This document shows positions 26,416 through 40,399 of a stretch of DNA of 64,000 nt, in pieces. Made by a program: the position numbers and the translations under genes. How positions within the stretch are numbered: the stretch's first letter is position 1; each line of letters opens with the position of its first letter. The DNA comes from Euprymna scolopes (lineage: Eukaryota). The stretch lies in NCBI GenBank assembly GCA_053919585.1, contig CM132792.1; one strand, written 5' to 3'. The notes beneath the pieces are model-generated. The model searched no databases and was not told the DNA's origin. It was given only the letters and a program-made list of their open reading frames with translations.

Positions 26416-26835
26416 ACCGTGAGGTAAAATACCAGGTTGAGAAACTGGCGCGGTCTATTCTTCTCTTGAAGGTAGATGGGATTCTCTTAAGCTGTGATAG
26501 GCACTACATCTAGTGATGGCGTCACGATAAAAGATATAAATCGCATAGGGTAGAATACCAATGTTAGTTTTAGAGACAAAATCGCCAACATATAATCGTT
26601 TTCATATATTTTTTAATATTTTCTGATAGTGGAAAGAACTTCGAGATAACTATAGAGGTGAGAGCGGTAGCATAGGACAAAAGCTATCAGCAGCTGCTTT
26701 GCATGCCATAGCATTGGTGTTTGCAATCGACTCGTTTTGTCCTGCTCGTCCAGTTTAAACATTTGCAGATAAAGGTGATAAGAAGACACACTTAAGACTG
26801 AAGATGGCGCCATAGTAAACATCTTTATTTGTCCC

Positions 26836-26915
26836 CCTCTCTCTCTCTCTCTCTCTTTCTCTCTCTTTCTATCTCTCTCTTTCTCTCTCTCTTTCTCTCT
26901 CTTTCTCTCTCTCTT
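26836..26915. repeat. (CT)n microsatellite
   Basis: Direct. Confidence 0.95.
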
Positions 26916-28485
26916 TGGAGTGTTATACACTTGAATACAATTTCAAACCGACAAGAAAACCCAATTTCTGAAAAAAAAGTGTTTTCTTCAAAATCACAGA
27001 AAAAAACTTTTAAAGAATGGATAATTCATGAAATTGCAATAATGTGTTAAAATAAATCAACTTTATTATTGTTATGAAATTCTGTCTGGAAAGATACTGA
27101 ACCTTTTATATGTACAAAGCCTACTGTCTTGATTCGGCTCCATTTCGAAATTTATGTATGCTAGGTTTATTGATATAAAATTAGGTAAGCGTTATATATT
27201 TGTAGATTTCCATGTATAGGATTTACCCATAAACTAATTAACCTATCAATATATCAGTATGAATTTTGGAATACAGTTACTAAGCTATGCTTACTTTGAT
27301 TTAGTTTGTGCAAAGAGGGTAAAAAGAATGTGGAAACAGTAAAAATTCTGATACAGTTTTGTGAAATTGTAACGATTTGTTCACCAAATTCCCTCTCTGG
27401 GAAACAATAAATGGAAGTAAAAAAATGGAAACGGCAAAAATAAAATAAAAAAATTAAAAAAAAAAAGAAGCAAATAAAACTAGACCCGGAAAGTAAATTA
27501 AATGAGTCCAAATTTTATTGAAGACAATTATTTTTGTTTCCTAAAGCAAGAGCTAAAATTAACCAGGTAACAATTACGAAAATAATACAAAACAAAAACA
27601 TGAAAACATACATAACAAGAGGGATCTCTAATTGACAAGAAATTCAAGAATTAATTATCGCTAGCAACAATGACAAAAACAATATCTGCTTATTTAAATA
27701 AGACTTAAAAGAGAAACAAAATTAAATGCAAAAGTCCTTCATGAACGCTTTTTGAAGTCCTTCCTTCCAGTTTTTTTTTTTTTTTTCTCTCCGATATTTC
27801 TTCTTTCAAATAAGTATCTTCTAGAATAAATTCTCTTCCAGGTTGGGCGCTCTTTTTCTCTTCCTGGAAAGGTCAATCTGTTTTTGTTCTTTAAAGGGAG
27901 GTTCCTTTTTTTAGTCTTTCTCTTAGAATCTTTTAGGATTTTCTGGTCTTTGTCTATAAAACTTGTTGATAAGAGGGAATTTCTTTTCTTTCAATTCTTT
28001 CCAAAAAGAAAGTCTGTCTTACAGATGGAGTTAAAAAAATAAATAAATAAAATAAATAAATAAAACTCAACCGTTCATCAGAGTGAAATATCTGGAATAA
28101 ATAGTTAACTTGCTCAAATTAACGCAAAATGTATCAGACTTTCTTGTTCTAATACTGTGTATTCTCTTTTTCAAGGACCCTTTTCTTTTTAATTGAATGG
28201 AGAAATTCAATAAAATAGGTTAATAACAAATGCCCCCAAAATGTATCTGGTAGACAAATGGGGTCCGAAAATCCAGCTTCGTTCTGAGTTTGGGAAAAGG
28301 TGGGTCTGCCACGGGTGTCCAGGTAGAGCCTTTGAATGAACGCGGCAAACCATTAACCCTTTCAACATTGATATAAAGAGTATGAGAAAGTTTTGAAGTT
28401 GCTTTCTTAAGGGAGAAGAGGTAATTGTTTAGTTTAATCAAGACATTGAAAAAATGAAAATATTGAAAAAAATATAATTTTCCGG

Positions 28486-28936
28486 TTATGGAATTAAGTT
28501 CTCATAAAAAAAATCACTTAATTTGATCAAATATTTTTTTTTATAAAGGAAAGTTAAATTTTAATGATATCGATCGTATCTCGCCGTCTTGCCTATTTCA
28601 CGGATGAGGAGGGTGGCGCCAAGGAAGATAACTCCATCACTGTTTAAAGTTTGTCAAAATTTGACGAGATTATTTTAAAACATGAGCAGAAAAAATATCT
28701 AGAAAAATATTTTAGTTTTTTTAATTTACTTTACAGAGTTTCTATTTCATTTTTTAAATCACTTTTTCATTTTGTCCTTTGTTAATCATTTTTTCGTTTA
28801 AAGACACCCCCTCCTTATCCACGAAATAGGCGAGATGGCGGGATACGATAATCTCATTAAAATTTGATTTCCCTCTGTTATAAAAAACTACTTGATTAAA
28901 TTAAGTGAAATTTTTTATGAGAATGTAATTCCATAA
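28486..28936. mobile_element. MITE-like element with ~135-bp imperfect inverted repeats
   Basis: 28486-28620 is the reverse complement of ~28803-28936 (atcgtatctcgccgtcttgcctatttc / gaaataggcgagatggcgggatacgat). Confidence 0.7.
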
Positions 28937-30859
28937 TGGGTAGGTACAATGTTAAATTAAAAAAATCTAATTCTTTGAACTGTTGAATAAAAAAAATCTA
29001 ATTCTTTAAACTGTTGAATTAAAGAAAATCTAATTCTAAAATGTTGTCTATAGTAATAAATGCTCGAAAATTCTTTGAATTACTTCTTTCTTTACTTCTT
29101 TGAATTGCTTCTTGTTTTCTTTTAACTTGTCTTGCCTTTGGTAGCATTTATTTATTTTCTGTTTTTCTGTTGTTCGAAATTAACAACTCTGCACTTTATT
29201 CAAAGGAGCTAGGTTAGGCCTCGAGACCTTTTCCCGAACTCAGGACGAGTCTATGTTTTCTCTAAGGAAAATCTTCCAGAACTTGATTAACGTGTATATT
29301 TCAAACAGAGTCTAAAATATACGTCCCGGTTCTTCAATGGCAATTTTGAAACTGATTAAAAATGGACGAGGAAAAACGCAGGAATTCCATCACCTCTCTC
29401 CTTCACCTTTGGGTGAATACTAGACTCACTGTCATGCTAATAGAGGATTAGAGGGATGAGCCAAGCCATAACGAAAAATATGTGCAAATCCCCACTGCTT
29501 AATGGCTAGAAAAATGTTAAGAAAAATAAAATTCCTAAGCAATAGTTATTAGACATCAATTAATAAATATTTAATACATTTCAGTTTTTTATAGTGTTTT
29601 AGGCTTTAGAGGTGCATATTATGAGTAGAACCTTCCCATTAGAAGATGTAAATATTTCAAGTTTTCATTAAATTTGATCCATAATCATCAGACGTCAATT
29701 AAGTAAGAATCCCTGAATTTTAATTTCTTCTTTAAAATACTGTAAGTTTTAACTTTAAAATTTAGACATTTTCTAGAATCAAACTCACGTAACGAATTTT
29801 GATCAAAATTGGAATAAAGATTCTTGGCAGTAATAGTATAGTCATAATATCTCTTGATTTTAATCTGGATATAAAAGTAAGACAGAACTGTTTTGTCCGG
29901 AGAATTAATTTGCTCATCCTGTTCTGAAAATATATATTTTTTAATTTTATTTTTTATTTTTGAACAATTATTTTTTTCATGATATAAATTTTTTCTTGAT
30001 AAGAAATTCAAGATCTTTTGAAAAGTGATTTTTCCATCAAATTAAACACAGAAACAAATCCAAACCGCCAACATCGAAATTATTTTTTTTACAATTTTGC
30101 TTTTTTAAAAACAGTTTTCCAATAATGAAAAAATCTACTCGTTACATTCTTGTTTGACAAAACATCAAATCGACATCAGAAGACACCAACAAAAATAGTT
30201 TAATCCACTTTTCCTTTGATTAAAAGAATATGCATAAAAACATGAATAAATACATTTTTTAACATACTTTCATCTTTTCTTTTGCTTCACGATTTTCATT
30301 GAAACTAGGACCCATTCAAACAATTAACCATTGCTAATCATCATCACGCCAACCAACTTAACTGGTGATACTTGATCTAAACACTTTGAGCTGCTGTATT
30401 TAGTTTCAAAAAGGGGCTGTGCATTTCAAGCATATGGTGATCATGAAATATTGGATTCTTTACTTTTTGTAACTTTGATTTCTGCAAATACTAACGGGAA
30501 TAACCGTTACAGAATGATCTTATCAACAACATCGAATATGTGTGTGTGTGTGTGTGTGTGTTTACTATGTTACCATTATTATGCAAAATCAATCGATTTT
30601 CTTCTTCCCAAATACGTTTAACTAATCCATATCATTTGTTAAAACAGCAGATATCTTTGCATCTTTGCAATCGCTACAACGTTTTGTTTCCTTACATTTC
30701 AATGGCTACCGTTTACCTTCCAAAAGAATTATTGATCACATTTTGCATGATTTTTATATTGTATGTATTTATATTAATGATAAAATCTGTGATAAGTTAT
30801 TCAGTGGAAGAACATACGAAATACTGAAAACTAGTTTTTGAAATATTCAAGAAATATAG

Positions 30860-31400
30860 AATGGTGATTAATGCAAATAAATGCAAAGTTCCAAGACGGA
30901 ACCTACATTTCTGGATCATCGTATATAAATATAGCTTGCATTTCCCATAAGAAGCTCAAAATTATTCAATAGTCGCAAGTACAAATATGGCAAGTTTACA
31001 ATAAATTTTACTGCTGTTTTTACCTAACTGGACCAGCGTCCCTCAACCTCTTAGTGATCTTCTAGCTGCTATAAAAGGTGACATTGTAGTTGAGATAATT
31101 ATGTAATCGCTGCATTCACAAAAAAGGCATATCGATTGCATTTATTTGAAAATGGAAAAGATTAACAGGTGTTCGAAACTCTCTTCCCATTTTATCGCAT
31201 TTGCACATGGGCTCTCAACCACAGCCAAATATCCAATTTCAACTGTGACCAGCAGTGAGGATGGTGCAGGCCATAATCTATTGGATAAGAATGCAATCAA
31301 ATCAGTTTATTTTCTAAGAAATAGAATTTTTCATTAAATATTCGATAATTTCAGCTTACAACTTTTATAGATAGATGTGGTGGTATTATGGATCTGAGTT
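30860..31400 (+). mobile_element. Decayed Gypsy RT/RNase H fragment
   Basis: Frameshifted remnants TFLDH, KLKIIQ, NFYCCF.LPN, QPLSDLL. Confidence 0.4.
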
Positions 31401-32070
31401 GATATTATGGATCTGGTGGATTCTCATGCAACATTTATTGCTAATGGGAGGAGCAGGCGAAAATTTGATTCCCAGACAATAAGTTGAAAAGAAAAAAAAA
31501 AAAAAAAAAAACAGCTCGTAAAAACAAGAAAAGTCATCCAGATGAATTGGAGTGTTTTTCATGAAAGATAGAATCTCCCAATGAAATTAATATTCTCTGA
31601 TAAATGGAAAAACTGATTTAGTTTGAGAAAGGGAGAAAGAAAAGAAAAAGGGAAGTTATTACATTAGAATTTCCATATAGTAGGGGGAGGAGATCATTAC
31701 TATAGAGCATAGAGGAAGATAGCATGATTATTAAAAGAAAGGAGGATTATATAGAAAAAGTCGTTGAGGTAGAAATAATAATCCATTAAGGGAATAGAGA
31801 AATAAATTATCAATAAAAACATTTTTTCCAGACGATTGTGAGTTTCTTTCACAGTTGCTGGCAAATTCACACTAGTGCCACTCGCAATTTGTCCGGATCG
31901 TGATCGGCCAAAAGAACTTAATTAAATTAAAACAAAAACTCTAGCCGATTCAGAACGTGTTTCATCCATCGGAAGAAAAATTATAACTATTTTCTGTATA
32001 TCATGGACTCTCCCGCTGATTTTGCCGTATGGGGTTCTTACAACTTCATCTTTTTAATCTTGTGTTTGAG

Positions 32071-33150
32071 TCACAGATGACATTTCAGTGCAGTCAATAA
32101 CCTACAGAGAAGTCCACAAATTGTGCAAGAGTATTGTTGGAGTATGGATTGTTGGAGTATGGATTGTTGGAGTATGGATTGTTGGAGTATGGATTGTTGG
32201 AGTATGGATTGCTGGAGTATGGATTGCTGGAGTATGGATTGCTGGGACGGCAGGCGATACTTTATTTCTTTCCCTAGTTTGACGCAGCTTGACAATATTT
32301 GATGCTGCATTTTTCATAATGTTTTCATTGAAGCATGTAAGACCTCCATTCATTATGATCATTTACAGAGTGTTCGAGGGCATTAGTGTTTATTTCAGCA
32401 GCTAAGAGATTGCTTTTTAATTTGTCTTTGAACCTAAATAATGGTCGGCCTGTTGTGCAGTGACCACTGTCAAGTTGATTGTACATCAACATTTTTGGAA
32501 TTCTTTCCTCTTGCCTTCCGTAATACATGGCCAAACCAGCGCAGTTGTGATTTTACGAGAAAGGACTCAATGCTGTCAATGTTATACATGGTGAAAAGGT
32601 CAGCATTTGCAATGATGTCACTCAAACTAATTCCACAAATTTCTTGAAGACAACTTATGTGAAAAACATTCAACTGTTGAATTTGTTTTCTGTACAGTGA
32701 CCAAGACTCTGAACCATACAAGAGCGAGAACTACAGCTTGTAGACCTCTATCTTCATTTGAAGTCTAATACCCCGAACTTTCCAAAGTCGATGGCAAAGT
32801 TTCCTGAGGCTTTTGTAATTTTATTGACTATCTCATCATCAAGCATTCCACAAGTGTTTACTTTAATGCTGAGGCAATTAAAGTTTTTGGCATATCTCAA
32901 ACTAATATCGTCAACTTGAATTGGCACCTCGGGGAATACATGCACAGGCGAGTTTTGCTTGACACTCCCAATTTATTTTGGTACTGGAGCTGGATGATGA
33001 AGAAGTTTAGTTTTGTTGTGCTTATGGTTAATCAGAATGCCTTGCAAGCAGCAAAGACGTTGAGCTTCCTCAAACGAAGCAACCACAAGTGCAGCATCAC
33101 TCATGAATTATACTGGTTTAAACTTCATCAGTTTTGGTTAAGCTAGATGA
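32071..33150 (-). mobile_element. RTE-clade LINE 3' portion (decayed)
   Basis: YGSESWSLYRKQIQQLNVFHISCL, SQLRWFGHVLR, RIPKMLMY...GRPLFRFKDKLK and C-terminal CTICG..C...H finger. Confidence 0.85.
32129..32245. repeat. 15-bp minisatellite within the RTE ORF
   Basis: gagtatggattg(t/c)tg, ~7.5 copies. Confidence 0.95.
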
Positions 33151-33993
33151 AGTGGAGAAGGAAAGTTTAACTGTATTTTGCTTAGCTTACATTCTCTTAT
33201 ATTGTACTATCTATATTATATTATTGTCTCTCCTGCTATAACTGGAAAAACATATTTNNNNNNNNNNNNNNNNNNNNNNNNNNNNNNNNNNNNNNNNNNN
33301 NNNNNNNNNNNNNNNNNNNNNNNNNNNNNNNNNNNNNNNNNNNNNNNNNNNNNNNNNNNNNNNNNNNNNNNNNNNNNNNNNNNNNCGAGTTACAGATTCT
33401 ATAATACTGTAAAATTAAAGTCCATATAAATATTAATATCAATATCTATAAGACAACCCAACCAGATAAAGAAGCTCAATATACGAGATAAAACACTAGT
33501 ATAACTGAAACTTTATTTAAATTCAGTCAATTAAAAAATTTACAGCAAATTTATTATTTGACAAACTTTAAATTTTTGTATTCATTGTCGAAGAATAAAT
33601 TTGTCGTAAATTTTTTACTAAATAAAGCATGGAGAAAAGCAATCAATGAAAGTTGATACTCATACAGACGTTAAGGGAATGTAAAGGCGGGTGTATTTTA
33701 TACAATGTTAATAATGGTTGCTTGATGCATTACATATATATGCTTGTGGATAAAAAAGGGAATACTGCCATGTTAATAAAAGGGTCCTGTTCATAGGCTG
33801 TGGAAACTTGTAAAAATTGGATTTTTCTATGCGCTGATGAATGGCCCACTTGTGCAAAATTATAATTAATGAACTATTATATAGTTATATACCAGCATTA
33901 GAAATAATTGTATGCAAATTGTTACCAAATGATCAACAATATGAGCATTTGTTCATTGTAAAGTGGTATTATATATATATATATATATATATA

Positions 33994-34465
33994 TTAAATA
34001 CCGGGATTGTGCAACAAACTTCAGCATCGACTCTTTCTCCGTATTGAGTCGAGCTCACTCCGTATATCATCTAAAAGTCTTGGATACTGTTCATGTTCGC
34101 CTTAGGAAGCCTTCCCGTTGTAAGCAAAAGGACTGTTTGTTGGGTTTGAACATGATCAGCCTCTAAAATTCATCCCCATACGATTGCTCTTGCTCCCGTC
34201 TCTTTTTTTAGATTTTATCATTACGGAAAACAAATCACTAAAAAATAAATCCCTTGATTCCAATTTTGATGAGTGAGGGCGAAACATGTCAATTGACTCG
34301 TTTTGATTTTTTTTTTTTCTATTTTCCTACTTTTATTTTTTAGTCGCTATCCATTTTCCTTTTCTCCTCGGTCTATTTTTTTAATATAAAATGAATTCCG
34401 AAGAAATACGTCTTCCCTTCATGATTGCCTTAATAAAGTTTTGTACCCCCAAGAAAATCATGAAA
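33994..34465 (+). mobile_element. Penelope-like element 3' fragment between (TA)n tracts
   Basis: CATNFSIDSFSVLSRAHSVYHLKVLDTVHVRLRKPSRCKQK aligns with the GIY-YIG C-terminus of the element at 45756-46637; hammerhead motif downstream. Confidence 0.8.
34261..34295 (+). ncRNA. Minimal type I hammerhead ribozyme (C3U variant)
   Basis: CAAUU-UUGAUGA-GugagggC-GAAA-CAUG-UC-AAUUG: 5-bp stem I and palindromic stem III. Confidence 0.7.
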
Positions 34466-35012
34466 TATATATATATATATGAGAGACATATCGGTAATCT
34501 AGCATGCTGAAGTTTGTGAAATATTTTTTATTAAAAAAATAAATAAATAAAAGTAAATAAAATGAAAATGAATAGTTATTTACCGTCGTTATCCTTTGCT
34601 TAGTTTGGTTTTCATACATAAGTAAATTTCATAGTTTATAAGGATTGTTTGATACTGTAGATATTCATAGTTATACCCTATTCCCAAAAGAGAAGAGATG
34701 TAACATATGAGAAATATTTGGAAAAAAAAACCCTCCTTGCTGTTATTTCAGATCATTTGAAACCATAGCAACAAGTTTTAGTCTCCTCTCCATAAAGGCC
34801 AAAGGTTTTGGGGAAATATGAGATATTTTGTAATTCATATGCAAAACTAGGAAAACAAATGACTATGATTGAAACATTGATAAAGGTGCAGTATCTTTCC
34901 ACCTACCAAAAATCTTTTAAAATTTATTATAAGTTTTTGAGTGTACTGAAAACAAAAATAATAATTAAAATCCCAGAAAACCAGTAGTTTTCAAGATATG
35001 AAGAAATTGTAG

Positions 35013-35567
35013 TTTTAAAAACTGGGGAATCACTTTTCTATATTAATTTAACGTAAAATGAATACCCACTTTATAACCAGCTTTTTTTTTTGTTGGGGGA
35101 GCGTCTGTTATTTTATTTAGAGGTGGTGTTTATTATATAATTGTGACCTGGTAGATCAACATAAAACCTACCTTGAAAAACTTATTTTCTATAGGTTTTT
35201 GAGTATGCTGAAAACAAATATCGCAGATGAATTTTCCGCAAATAAGTTTTTCCCGGATATTGTGCAATGTAATTCTGCATGCTATGAGTAGTGGCCATTG
35301 TTGTATGCACAAGCGCGCATATTTTTGCTTAATACCCGGAAAAATACTTATTTATAGAAAATTTAAATGCGATATTCGTTTCCAGCACACTCGATAACCC
35401 ATAAAAAAAAACAAGATTGTTAAGGTAGGTTTTGTGTTGGTCTACCAGGCCAGCTCTAAAAAAAAAAATAAGAGACCCCCCCCCCCAAAAAAAAAAACAG
35501 TGGCCATAAAGTTGGTTCTTATTTTACGTTAAATTAATATAGAAAAGTGATCCCCCACTTTTTGAAA
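35013..35567. mobile_element. Fold-back (palindromic) non-autonomous DNA transposon
   Basis: Three nested pairs of inverted blocks centred ~35300, e.g. cacttttctatattaatttaacgtaaaat / attttacgttaaattaatatagaaaagtg. Confidence 0.7.
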
Positions 35568-36580
35568 TAATAATATACGGCCTTAAGGGCAAATGTCACA
35601 TAGTCCACTCATTAGCTTTCCAACGAGCTTTCATTTGTTAAATTCTGATCAATAGTTGCTGAGATTTCGAACATAAAATTGCCAAAAAAGTAGTATATCT
35701 ATATAGGGACATATCTATACTCGTAGCCAAATTGAATATTGAAATGCTCATAGCTTTGGTTCTATGAAAATGTGCAGGATTTTTGAAGATTACAATACTA
35801 TTCTATAGTTAAAATTTTATGACTATTTATTAAAAAAAAACTATATTTTCAAACCAATAAAACATGCCTAAATTTGTCTACATTTGTATATAGAGTGTCC
35901 TGGCAAGCAACTTCGGTTTTGTTGCTTCGGTTGTCTCCTCTACATTTGTATATTTAGTATCCTGGCAGGCAGTTTCGGTTTTGCTGCTTCGGTTGTCTCC
36001 CCTGTGGTCTTGCCAGGCCATTTATGTACAGTGTTGTGCTTAGCATTTATGCGCGCCTCCCCTCGCAAAATGCGCCTTGCGGCCCCTCTACCCACAAAAT
36101 ACAATGTTCGCCCCCCCCCTCCCCAAGATACTGAACACACACTAAATGGTACTTTAAACAACTCGAAAAAATGTTTTGAAGAGATCGCAGAATTGGTGTT
36201 TTGAAGCTATACATGACGAACGTTTTTACAACTTTTATTTACTTTTTAGTATTTCTTAGCTATTTTTATAGCCATTTCAATGTGTTTCCGTTCCCAATCT
36301 TCTATAATTTTTTAAATGGGAATTAAAAAAAAAAAAAAAATGGACGTAACATTCAAAGTATTTTGCCACAGATAATTTGATATACTTTCAAAAATTAGCT
36401 TCCGTAGTTTATTTTGAAAAAATAGAGGGAGTGTCAGAAAGTGTTTGTATTGGAAGTGGAGGAGGAAAAAACGAATTAAATCGTTAATAGTAGTAACGGA
36501 ATGTTGCTGAAAGTAATCAAATCATTTTAAAATGTCACGATGTAAGAGAAAGTCATTAAGTGCTAAAAGACTACTATCGC

Positions 36581-37925
36581 TAGGTGTATCAGAATTTTGG
36601 GGGAATTTTTGTCACCCCTAACACAAAACTACGAATAAAATATAAAAAAAATCGTAATTTCTCTTTTTAAAGTGGGTTGTTTATTTTCTTTATGGAAAAA
36701 AATAAACTATTAAAGTTGTTTGAAAAATAATAGAAATATTATTTTTTATTTAAAAAAAAAATAGTGTTTACAAAGTGCCAGCGCACCTTCATGCAGCCAT
36801 TTTTTTACGTAATGAAATCAATTGAATTTTACGAGTTAAATATTTTTCAATTTTTAAACTTTAAACAGAGTCAATGTGAAATTTTATGCTCTTTCCAATA
36901 AATTAAATATAATATTTTAGACAAACGTTTTTTTTTAATTTTGAAATGTCTATTAAGATTTAAATAATTAATTTACGCACCAAAGTTTTATATATCACAA
37001 ATTGAAGATAAAATATCAATAAATAAAATATTCTTATTTAAAACAAAAAAGAGAAGTGTTTTTTTGGAAATTTACCTGTAAAGTCCAAAGTGTAAAACCT
37101 GTTTTTTTTAAAACCACATTGATTTAAAAAAAAAAAATTTTACATGAAAACTCATGTGATGCTTACATTCTCAAGTAAATGTCAGATGCTGATGGCAATT
37201 TTTTCTATTTCATTCAATGTTTTCTTTTTTTTTAGATATTAAAAAAAATCACTCGTTGAAGTAGAAATAAAATATGTTAATCAAAAACTCATGTATTTCA
37301 TTAAGAAAATCTTTTTTAAATCGGTGGAGTGGGTTTGTTTTTAAACGGCAAAAACTATTAAGTGAATGCGTTCAGTTTTCACCTACAGTGGTCCAAATAT
37401 ACTAATTTTGGTTTACAGCACGCAATAGAAAGAGACATTAACTGTGACGCTTAGGGCCATCGAAGATTCAACGTGAAAAAAAGCAGACAGTTGTCTCCCT
37501 TTATTTCAACTGTGAGAAACATCTGATCGTGCGTTTTTTTTATACTTGCTTAAAAAATATTTTATTTAAAAAGGACATGGAATATAAAATATAAATATGG
37601 ATAAATTCTTAACAGTGAAGAATGAAAGTACCCATTGAATAGTACTTTTTATAGGTAAGTGATTTTTTTTAATTTATATATATTTTTTATAATCGAAGTA
37701 AGTAAAATTTCATTGATTTTCTTTAAATCTTTTTTAAAGAAAATCGATTTAAAAAACAAATATTGCATGATTTGCTATTAAACCTGTTTTTTTTTTTAAT
37801 TTGGTCTTTGCTCCTTTAATTGAAAAAAAATTAGGGTTTTAATGGCATTTTTCAAGTAGTTATAAGCTTAGAAAGATATTAAAGTTCTTATCACGCATTT
37901 TTGATGGCCGTTTCTGATACACCTA
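36581..37925. mobile_element. Non-autonomous TIR element with ~9-bp TSD (MULE-like), copy 1
   Basis: TIR TAGGTGTATCAGAA...TTCTGATACACCTA; flanks ctactatcgc / ctacatcgc; internally homologous to 48644-49647. Confidence 0.8.
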
Positions 37926-38479
37926 CTACATCGCAATTAAGATGCAATAAAGGCAAACTTCATAACTTTTAAAGAAAACTGTGTGAATTGTTTTCAATTA
38001 ATGCAATTATTGGAGCTAGTCTGAACTTACCCCAAAGCAACAAATTTGATCTAATACTTTTACAGCAGCAATTGCTCCCTCATGATCTGTTAAAAAATAT
38101 TTTACTTCAAATATAATTGATGCAACTGCAGCCTTCTGTTGAATAATATAATTATTTCACAAATCTGTTAACAATAACAAAAACAAATGACATGATCAAC
38201 AATGAGAAAGCAGATAAAAAATGAAAACTACTCAAAACATATATGTTGATTTAAATCAAGTTAATTCCATTATTAAGAATAAATATGGAACTCACTTGGG
38301 TGGCAAATAATGGAAATTCAAACAGGTTTTTAGGTTGCGTTAATTTGTATTCTCTTTAATGGTTAATAAACCCCAGATAAACGTATTTTTTGTATACTAT
38401 CTGTTAATTTGTATGTTTTGTGTACGGAAATGTGTGTGAGTACTTTATTCAACTGTTCATGAAATATTAAAAAAAATTA

Positions 38480-40250
38480 GTTTCAATTTACAGAAACTGC
38501 GTTCACAAGATGCCACTGTAACTGGCAATATTGTTACATTTCGAAGTCCAACAGCAATATTTGGATATCAGTTGACAAGCGTGTGTTTCATTTTATGAAA
38601 TGTGCCTACATCTGCGACCAAAGAATAGTAACGATTACTTCGACAAATTCTTCAGAAAATCCCTAACTGATACAATTGGGCAGACAATATTCTAATCTGT
38701 GGCAAAGACACAAGAGAACATAACAGAACCCTAGATATAGTATTAAGCACATTGAAGGAAAACAACCTCAAAATTGCAGAGCACAAAAGCATATTCCACA
38801 GTGAATAAATCGAATTCCATGGTTTTATAGTGTTCAATATAGGAATCAAACCGACTGACTTGACAATAAAAACAATCAGAAATTTCAAAAACTCTGAAGA
38901 ATCTTAGGCCTAATCAATTACCTCGCAAAGTTTATTCCATGACTAGCAACGTGAACCAGTAAAAAAAAAGAATAATGTTTTCTTATGCTGAAGAATTCAA
39001 TCATTCAGAACAAACCGCTCATGTAGTTTGATCCAAAACTGCAAACATCTGTCATGTTTGCCAAAACAAGGGACACTCAGTCCCATCAGCTACGCACCCA
39101 GACGAACGACAGTACTATCAATTAGAAAGAGAAGCCCTAGCAATTGTATGAGCTTGATAAACGTTCCCCTTTTAGCTTTACAGAAAGAACGTTCTTATAA
39201 TGATCGACCATCAAACTGTAACAACTATCTTCAATCCTAAATATAACCCTCTGCACATATTCTGCGATGGATTTTACATGTGCAACAATATGATTGCACA
39301 ATAAAACACATTGATAATAAAGATAACCCGACATACTCTCTCAGCAACTTTTAGGGTATCAAAAAGTAGTCGTACCTGAAGAAGATATTGCCGAAGGGTT
39401 TATCAACAGAATTGTGGCTAACAGTATTTCAGAATAAATCACCTTATCGGAAATAATGGATGAATCTCAACAGGATACAACCGTCACAAAAGTGAAAAAA
39501 AAATGCAATACAACAAATGGACTGAACCAATAAAGTTAACAGATCCCTTTAAACACGTAACTGACAACAAAACGAGACGTAGTCATATATGTAGCCAGAA
39601 TCATCATACCCCACAGAAACGAATCCTGAAATTGACACATGAAACATGGGAATAATGAAAACAAAAGCCCTACTCAGAACTAAGGTATGGTGGCCCAGTA
39701 TAGACAAAGACAGAGATTGCCATAAGTCGATGTATTCCATGCACAACATTAGACCTGAAGGGAAACCAATTTCCAGTGCATTTCGATGAAATAAAAGGCT
39801 CCTGAGAAATATTCCATGTAGATATCTGTAGACTTTTTCCTAGCAGGGATTATGTAATCGGAATGTTATGCTACTTAAACAAAGTAAACACAAGCTAACA
39901 CCAATTTAGCACCACCATGAAGAATAAAAGAATGCAGAGGCGAATCTGCAATTACGACGCAAGATGACAAACTTATTTGATGAGACACATCACTAATGAA
40001 AAAATCCATGAAGACAAGACTCACCAACAACCAAGAGATGACGACTTTCCTTTTGGCGACGACCTTTAAGAAAGATAGAGAACATGCGAGAGAAAGTGAG
40101 GAAAAGGAGTAAGAAGAAGCGAATCTCCATATAACAAATAAAACGCCACAGAAAATCCCAAACGTATGCAAGCATCAGTTCAAAAGAGGAGAGAGATAAT
40201 GTGAACACAAAAGAGGGAGAATCTGTGATGTCTACACGAGTATAGATAGA
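38480..40250 (+). mobile_element. Decayed Ty3/Gypsy pol (RT-RH-integrase)
   Basis: WADNILICGKDTREHNRTLDIVL, IEFHGFI, FDPKLQT, HMGIMKTKALLRTKVWWPSIDKD across broken frames. Confidence 0.75.
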
Positions 40251-40399
40251 ACCCACTCGGTCGACTCGGTTTACTGTACTGTGTACAGCAAACTTAGGGC
40301 TTTATTAAGCATGTACTTGTTGAGGTGACATGTTTGCCAATTGACCTTCTCTACACCTCCTTTTGATTTGACCGATATGGTGACAACATTGTTTGTCTA

